DNA of 64,000 nucleotides, from NCBI RefSeq assembly GCF_035594765.1, contig NC_085842.1, positions 149,991,036-150,055,035 on the forward strand, written 5' to 3'. Under the pieces are notes generated by a model. It had not been told where the DNA came from. It saw nothing but the letters and a program-made list of their open reading frames with translations, and did no database searches. Within the stretch, counting starts at the first letter, position 1; each line of letters begins with the position of its first letter. Shown here piece by piece: positions 12,801 to 64,000 of this stretch. The stretch is from Anolis carolinensis (Eukaryota). A program made the translations under genes and the position numbers.

Positions 12801-13112
12801 AAAAATCATGTGCCATGCATTTGCCATCTAAAAGTGTATGCTACAAGGCCAACTCATAGAGATCAATCTATTATCCTATCTATCTAGGCACACAATCTGG
12901 CACAGCCAAGTACATTCAACTCCCAGTTTTCACTAAATCTTGGTACATGAGAAGTACAAGTTTCTCGTGTTCAAGTTCCATTGAAATGAATTAGATGAAT
13001 GGATGAAATATTGTTAATGTAAAGTTGGACCTCCCCTTACATGGATTTGTTTGAATTTTTTTTCTAGGAATCTCTAGGTCTTCCAGCGTGGTTTTATGGT
13101 CAGCTTCTAATA

Positions 13113-13247
13113 CAGTGGTTCTCAACCTGTGGGGACCCAGGTGTTTTGGCCTACAACTCCCAGAAATTCCAGTCAGTTTACCAACTGTAAGGATTTCTGG
13201 GAGTTGGAGGCCAAGACATCTGGGGATCCATAGGATGAGAACCACTG
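13113..13247. mobile_element. hAT palindromic MITE
   Basis: Same TIR as the 4915 copy; decayed TSD TTCTAATA/TTATAGTA. Confidence 0.9.
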
Positions 13248-13358
13248 TTATAGTAGAATGTGACCATAGAGTCATGCTGGAGGACCTACAGGGTCTCGGA
13301 GCAGTGTTCTCTCAGGTAAAAAATACTAGCTTTTTAAATGGGTTTTCAGCTTTTAGAG

Positions 13359-13493
13359 CAGTGGTTCTCAACCTGTGGGTACCCAGGTGTTTTGGCCTAC
13401 AACTCCCAGAAATCCCTGGCAGTTTACCAACTGTAAGGATTTCTGGGAGTTGGAGGCCAAGACATCTAGGGACCCACAGGTTGAGAACCACTG
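13359..13493. mobile_element. hAT palindromic MITE
   Basis: Same TIR; perfect TSD TTTTAGAG. Confidence 0.92.
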
Positions 13494-13522
13494 TTTTAGA
13501 GGATCTACATCCCTAATTCTAG

Positions 13523-13789
13523 TTTTTTTAAATTGTGTCAGAAGCAACTTGAGAACATACTGCAAATTGCTACTAGTGTGGGAAAATTGGCCATCTACAG
13601 ACGATGCCCACGGGACGCCTGGATGTGTTCCTGGGAGGCTTCTCTCATGTCCCTGCATGCTAGAGCTGACAGATGGGAGCTCACCCCATCCTGCATATTT
13701 GAACTGGCGCTCTTTTAGTCAGCAACCCAACCTTCAGGTCAGCAGTTCAGCAAGCACAAGGGTTTAGCCCATTGTGCCACCGTGGCTCC
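13523..13789 (-). mobile_element. Anolis SINE2-type tRNA-derived SINE
   Basis: GGAGCCACGGTGGCACAATGG head on minus, A-tail, TSD CCTAATTC(T/C)AG. Confidence 0.85.
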
Positions 13790-14164
13790 TCCTAATTCCA
13801 GTAAATGTGGAGGACTGGGTGTATTATTATTCAATTATTCCAGTGATTCTCTAAAGGAATAATAAGAAACTTCTTTGCATTTAGTCAGACCTTTGCTCTA
13901 TCTGTCTTAGTACTGTTTACCCAAGGGGTGAGCAACAGGGGTCTTCCAGTGTTTTTAGTTTATAAATCCTTGCTCATAGTGAATATTGAGAGATTATAAA
14001 AGTTGCAGCCCCCAAAATATTTGCACTCTGGATGGCCAGTCATTGTGTATTGAAGGGGCAAAATAAACCCCTGCAAAGGTTTGCAGTACCTGAAAAATCA
14101 CAACCAGAGACTGCATCTATTTTCAATTTCTGGGTTAAAAGGCAGATTTGTGGGGCTTTAAGCA

Positions 14165-14349
14165 ATGTGAGTAGATCAATAGGTACCGCTCCGGCGGGAA
14201 GGTAACGGCGCTCCATGCAGTCATGCCGGCCACATGACCTTGGAGGTGTCTATGGACAACGCCGGCTCTTCGGCTTAGAAATGGAGATGAGCACCAACCC
14301 CCAGAGTCAGACATGACTGGACTTAATGTCAAGGGAAACCTTTACCTTT
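14165..14349 (+). mobile_element. Sauria SINE, 5'-truncated
   Basis: Sauria core with acctttaccttt tail; TSD TTTAAGCA. Confidence 0.92.
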
Positions 14350-14399
14350 TTTAAGCAGCTCAACTTGCTGCACCTGAAAGCCTGTGGAAGTGGAATTAG

Positions 14400-15269
14400 A
14401 GGGAAAAACCCACCTCATTTTTTTAAAAATAAAAGAGACTGCAAAAACAACAACCAGATCCACTTGGGCCTGCAGGCCACATCTCCCACTTCTGGACTAC
14501 AATGACTGGCAGCAAGTCTATGAGTTTTGAAATAGATGGAGACCACAATGCAAGATCCTGCTTTTATAATAATATATATAATCTTCTCTTTAACCAGGAG
14601 CATATTAACATCTGCAGACATTGTCAGAATAATTATCATTAGAATAACAATAATAATAATTAATAATAATAACAACAATAATAATAACAATAATAATAAT
14701 AAAAAAGGGTAGGAGGGGACGGGTGAGGCAAGTCTAGTACACAGTCCTGTGAAGTCAGCGGAGTCTTTGGAGCCTGCGCTGCTACATCATTCAAGTGCCC
14801 CTTCTATATTTACACACTTGCCTGGCATCCATACCCCCAGCTAAGCTGGAGGGAAAACAGTGCATTGAACACAAAATAAAAACCATCAAATAACCCTCCC
14901 CTCCCTTCCCTTCCACCAACCGGTCTTTTTTTGTCTTGTTTGTTCCTTTTCCATAAAACTTCCCATCAGAAATACATTATTTACACACGAAATAAATAGA
15001 GCGGTAACCTGATTTGTGTTTGGCCTGCGGCAAACAGTCAGAGGTACTAGGGAAAGTATGGCTTGGATTCAAATCTGTACAGAGCTGTGTGGGGAGCCGG
15101 GATCAGCCTGCAACCCCGGGCATGGCAAAGCTGGGCACCTTGCATATTTCAGGGCCTTACATCCAACTTCCAGGAAGTGGCACGAGAAGTCCTTCCACTG
15201 TCCCTTGCCCCTCTTCCCACCCACCCTAGCCATTTTCTGGCCCTGGAGCAGAGGCTGTTTTTTGCAGTC
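14400..15269 (-). other. BAHCC1: BAHCC1 proximal 3' UTR (distal end undetermined)
   Basis: Directly follows the stop codon; U-rich on the minus strand with two TGTAAATA motifs. The lower bound is approximate. Confidence 0.7.
14642..14701. repeat. (AAT/AAC)n microsatellite in the 3' UTR
   Basis: Direct observation. Confidence 0.95.
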
Positions 15270-59319
<44,050 letters not shown>

Positions 59320-62300
59320 TCAGCATAAAGGTGGACAACAACAAGCTCATCAAACTCACCACAATAGTGAACATTAATTTATTTGGATGTTTTATCCAGT
59401 CTCCTACATTACTTTGCAAACAGAACCTATTTTAAAAATTAATTTGAAAGCAATGTCATATTTGCAAAGCAATGTCATGCATTTTATTTACAAAACTAGC
59501 TACTCCCAATCTACTGGTATTTGAATTCCTAGTTCATTGGAATATGTGTCCCAAGCACTATATTTGGAAAGAGAGATAAGAACACCATTAAGAAACATAT
59601 GGGTCCACCCACTACACACCATCACATCTTGTTTCTGGGTGCATAAACAGGATTTCCCAACACAACCTGCCTACTGTGATGGGCATATATTGTTACCAAC
59701 CTGCCTTCCACATTGGGGACAGAATTGGCATTAATGTGAATATCCAGAGAAGACCTCTGAGGATCAAAAATTGGATAAGGGTTTCTGAATGTGGTACCAA
59801 CACGAAAGCATGTGGTGGGAGTACTCTTTGTTGCTTGATAACACACAATCTTATCAGGAGGCAAGGGGTTGCAGGTAAATGTGTCATGGGCTATGGAGCC
59901 CTGGTGGTAGCTGGCACACATGCAGAACCCCTCAGTATACATGTCTGCGATCTTGTTAGCACTCACACATCAGCTCAACACCAGAAGCTTCAACGCCATC
60001 TTACAAACCCTGGAGAACAACCGACACACAACTTATTGAATTCCAGGACTGCATCAATGTATGTGTGTGTGTGCGTGCGGGAGGGGGGGGATTACCATTG
60101 GGAAATAAATAGGATTGAAACGAGTTCTCTCCAAAGATATATACAGAATTTACAAATACAGTGTAAAGCTAAACACAGACACTGTGAAGCCATGATACAG
60201 AAACAACACCCTGCAAATATGAAACAGAACAAGGGGACTGGGAGGGGGGAGGGGTCCCCTTTTTCAAAGCACTGAGTAGTGCCTAGCTCAGACAACTCTG
60301 CCTCTAAATTTCTAAGCAAAACAGCTCATGCCTGATTCTGCAGTCTTACAATTGCAGCCCACTACACACCTGAAACCCACTTCCTTTAAGAAGAAATCTT
60401 TAATGCAGCTGTTGTGTGTTGTCACATGAACTAGACACTGAAGGGTTAGTTCTCAAATGACAGTGGAGTTTGACTTGTGACGTAACATCCATGTGAGCAG
60501 AGTAATGTAAATGCAGTGAGCGCATGTGAGATTGGCCAGTCGCTTAAGCTGAAGGAAGGTAGAAACAGGTGGTTTTAGGGGACCTGGTCTTTTGCATTAC
60601 AAGCAGAGTGCTTATGCAAGCAGTGTTTATGCCCAGATCAGCTGCTGATTTAGTCTCAGATCTATGATGCTGAGTTACTGTAGAATCTAGGAAATGTAAT
60701 TAATCTGTTTCCTTTGTTCAATGGAGGGGGGTGCCTATGTTGTACAATGGTAGGTCTGGAAAATATATGGCTTTAGCTGCCCCTAATGGGACAGAAGACT
60801 TCAAAAGAACATCTGGATCCTACCCCATAAAGTAAAAGCTGAGTCAGTCCTACAGAAACCAAACTGGCCCACTATAAATGTTGGTAATTAGCCACATAAC
60901 AAGCCAAAATTCACTGTTATCTCCATATGGAAAATCTTTACCTACTGAATTTCTGCCTGTCCTATGGTATAACTGCTTATACCATAGGACAGGATTGGTC
61001 TGCGAATACAGCATGCTATCAATAGGCAATGGGCCTGGGCCTTTTAGTCATTCCCCCAAGGCATCTGACGTGGGCGAGTGCCTGGCGAGGCATCCAGCCA
61101 AGCAGCAGGAAGTACTCCTCACTGTAAACCCGCCCACACTCCCCGGCTAATCCCACTGGGATGCCACAGTGATGAGTGTGGGGATGTGGTTACAAGGGCA
61201 GGGCCAAGGCCGCTCCCCACAGACCAGTGGGAGGGAGAGCTTAGGCCAGCTCGGGAAGTCCCTTCTCTGGACAGACAAGGCTGTGAAGGGGCGAAGTCAG
61301 ATTTGGGGGGGAGGAGTGTCCCGGAAGGGGTCTTGAGAACCCTTCACCTTGGCCTCTCCCACAAGCTGAGCCCAGATTCATGTGGACCAACGGCCTGCGA
61401 AATCTCAGACATAATTTGGATTGCCAGACAGGACCACAGGCTTCTTCCCTCAAAAGGCATCTGGGCTGAGACATTTTCAATGCTCAAGAGAAAAGAAAAA
61501 GAACATATTCCTTCCTAAGACACTTAGCTCATTTGTTCTTAGGAAGCTCCAGCTCTTACCAAGGCTCAAGCCTGTAAATTCAATTGATCTGTTCACTAAC
61601 TTCAGTGTTCAACTGTTCCATAAAACGGCCCCACTTGCATTTACCTCGATACTTCCCAATCCATCGTGCTACATGAAAGATCATCCACTCATTCACTCCC
61701 ATCCCTAATCCACCCACCCTGGTGAAACATGTCACACTTTCTAACCACTGCCAGACACACTGCCTGCAGCTATCCTTTTAAATTGTCCAGTAGCTTAAAG
61801 CATTTCAATATATTCTATGAGCCTTGTTTGACTGGCATGCAGCCGACATAAAAGAAAACAGAAACAATATGGTTAAAAACTTGAACCACAGTTCCAATCT
61901 TGGTTGCATTACATTGGAGTTGAGTATGTCAGTTCTCTTAATTTTCTCCTATTTGCTTATGTGAGATCGATAGAAATAATCACGGAAACAACTAAAAAAC
62001 AAATTTAATTTTTTAAATGGGGATAAGATTTGGAGCTAAAAATATTCCCGATTTCTGGAAGTTGTAAAGTCTTCCCCAGTTTCTCTCATCTAATATCCTT
62101 TCCTAACACACAAACACACAGGTATTTCAAGGTTTGAAGCCATTCCAGTAGGGTCCTGTACAATTTATCATCACCTGATAAGGGAGAGATCTTTTAATTT
62201 TGGTCTCCCTGAAGGCTGCTTAGTTTGGCTAGATTTGCAATGGAGCCAGGGCTTGGATTAGCAAAGATGATTGTGTCATCTGCCACCCCTCTCAGGCCAC

Positions 62301-64000
62301 CCCATTTTCCCTGTGTTCAGCTGCAATCTTCACAGTATTGTGAAAGAGAAATGGGATTTTTCCAGCAGCAACATATTAATGTGAGCAATCCTTTCTGCAA
62401 TAAAAAGTATTTTGAGGAGAATTACTCTAAAATGGGCAATTAAGACCCATTAGTTTGACAAAAGACCTGCTACTAGTAGGGGAAATTTGCTGGAACTATC
62501 CTCCTCCTTGCCTTTTACTTATCTGGGTCAATGCAGCTACTTGTGTTTTTGAAATTTTATAGGAGTGTGGCTACAGAGATTGCAGTGATGAGCACCTGCA
62601 CTTGTGTTTCTAGACTGGTTGCTCCTATGACGGTATGTCTGAAGAAAGCTACATGCAGAATTAGAATTGCCCATCTCTCTTTAGAGGTCACAGTACAGAA
62701 CTCTGTCTGTATGTCTATCTGCAATCGTACTCGTCCATGAGTGATAGACTTTGAGTGAGTGTGTAGACATTCCCTTTTCCATCAGTGTAGATGGGACTGG
62801 AAAAATCTTTAATATGCAGACACTATCCTATGATTTCATGCATTTGAAAAAGTAATCTAATAGTGCAATCCTATGTCCACATATCTGGCAACATGGGAAC
62901 ACTCCCGCTGAAGACAATGCACATGGAAGCATCCCTCAAATGATGCATAAAGGCAGCAGAAAAATCCCCAAATGTAGTCCTAGAGTTCATAGACCACATA
63001 ACAGCAGATAAATGGAACAGCCCTAGCATCTAGCATATTTTTGTTTTGGACAAAGCTGTAGCTTACAACTACCTTGTTTCTCTGAGACCCAATGAGTGGC
63101 CCAAGTATTCACTCCTCTCTTCAGTCCAGGCATCTAGTGATACAATGATGAGGCGGTGATCAAGGAGGAGCCCTCCTCTTCAACCAAAAGTTCTATCTGC
63201 AGCCATAGCTTCAAGTCAGGCAGCTGGCAGCCCATTAATCCTGTTCTACCCACTTGGCCCTACAGTTTCAAACTGCTCAACATTTCTTACCCTGGAGCTT
63301 GCCATTTCACTGGCCAGGACAGTTTCAAACAGCTCTTACTGCTACTTTTTCCTCCCAGACCTCAGGCAGCTCAAATTTAGCCCCAGAAAACAAATCTTCC
63401 CCTTGCTGCAGACCCCAAAAATCCTGATGCCATCTTGGGCAAAACAGTTGCCCTTTCAAGGCTGAACTGCCAAGGAGACGGAGGCTAGATAAAGAGGGAG
63501 GAGAGGACACCAGGGTTGGAAGTGAGTGTGGGTAGAGTTGCCTTTTCTAGACCAAGTCCCACTGAGAAGCCAGGGTGCAGGCCCTCGACTTCCACCTCCC
63601 TGAGAAAAGAGCCCCTTTGCCTGGGCTCTCTCATGCAGCCAGCATTTCCCAGCCCATGAGTCACAAAACTGTTGGCAGCTTTGCCTCCCTGGACACTGCA
63701 GCTGATCAGGCCCTTGCCAACTTCCCACCCTCTCCTCAATCGGTAAGCTCAGCCAAACTTCTTACTTGCTCTGTTTTGGAGCCCTTGGATCCCACGAACT
63801 GGAAGTCCAGCTCAGAGCAACTCCCTCTTCCTAGTAACCTTGAGCCAGTTATAGTACGAACAATAACAGAAATAAAGGAACAAAATTTATTGGAGGCGGC
63901 ATTCACTTCTCTGATGAAATAACCCAAGGAAGGGCTCTGACTACATTTATTCCTAAACCCAGCATAAGTTATAATCCAGACCATTTGGGGCTTTCTATAT

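Noticed and set aside
12991-13767. ORFs with an internal peptide repeat ([17 protein letters not shown])
   Set aside because: Translation of the twin MITE copies.
13523-14349. Inverted SINE pair forming dsRNA in the UTR
   Set aside because: The two SINEs are different families and the retained parts are not homologous.

Overview
Vertebrate genomic DNA from a squamate lizard, most likely Anolis, judged by its Sauria SINE, Anolis SINE2-type, CR1, L2 and hAT/mariner MITE content. The window is dominated by BAHCC1 (BAH domain and coiled-coil containing 1, an H3K27me3/H4K20me reader) on the minus strand. I traced 26 coding exons by hand from 59276 to the TGA at 15270. All have GT-AG boundaries and consistent phases, totalling 7373 nt (about 2,456 aa). 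The start-codon exon (MDGRDF... in human) was not found and probably lies beyond base 64000. Positions 1-15269 hold the 3' UTR and downstream region, with many transposon relics, enhancer-like blocks, and hints of a convergent plus-strand spliced transcript containing structured hairpins. I found no clearly novel system. The best leads are the plus-strand hairpins (one H/ACA-like), an intronic duplicate of a Tudor-exon fragment with a fold-back-created acceptor, a candidate poison exon, and a young CpG-rich hAT MITE upstream of the BAH exons. Family assignments come from recalled consensus sequences, not database searches.
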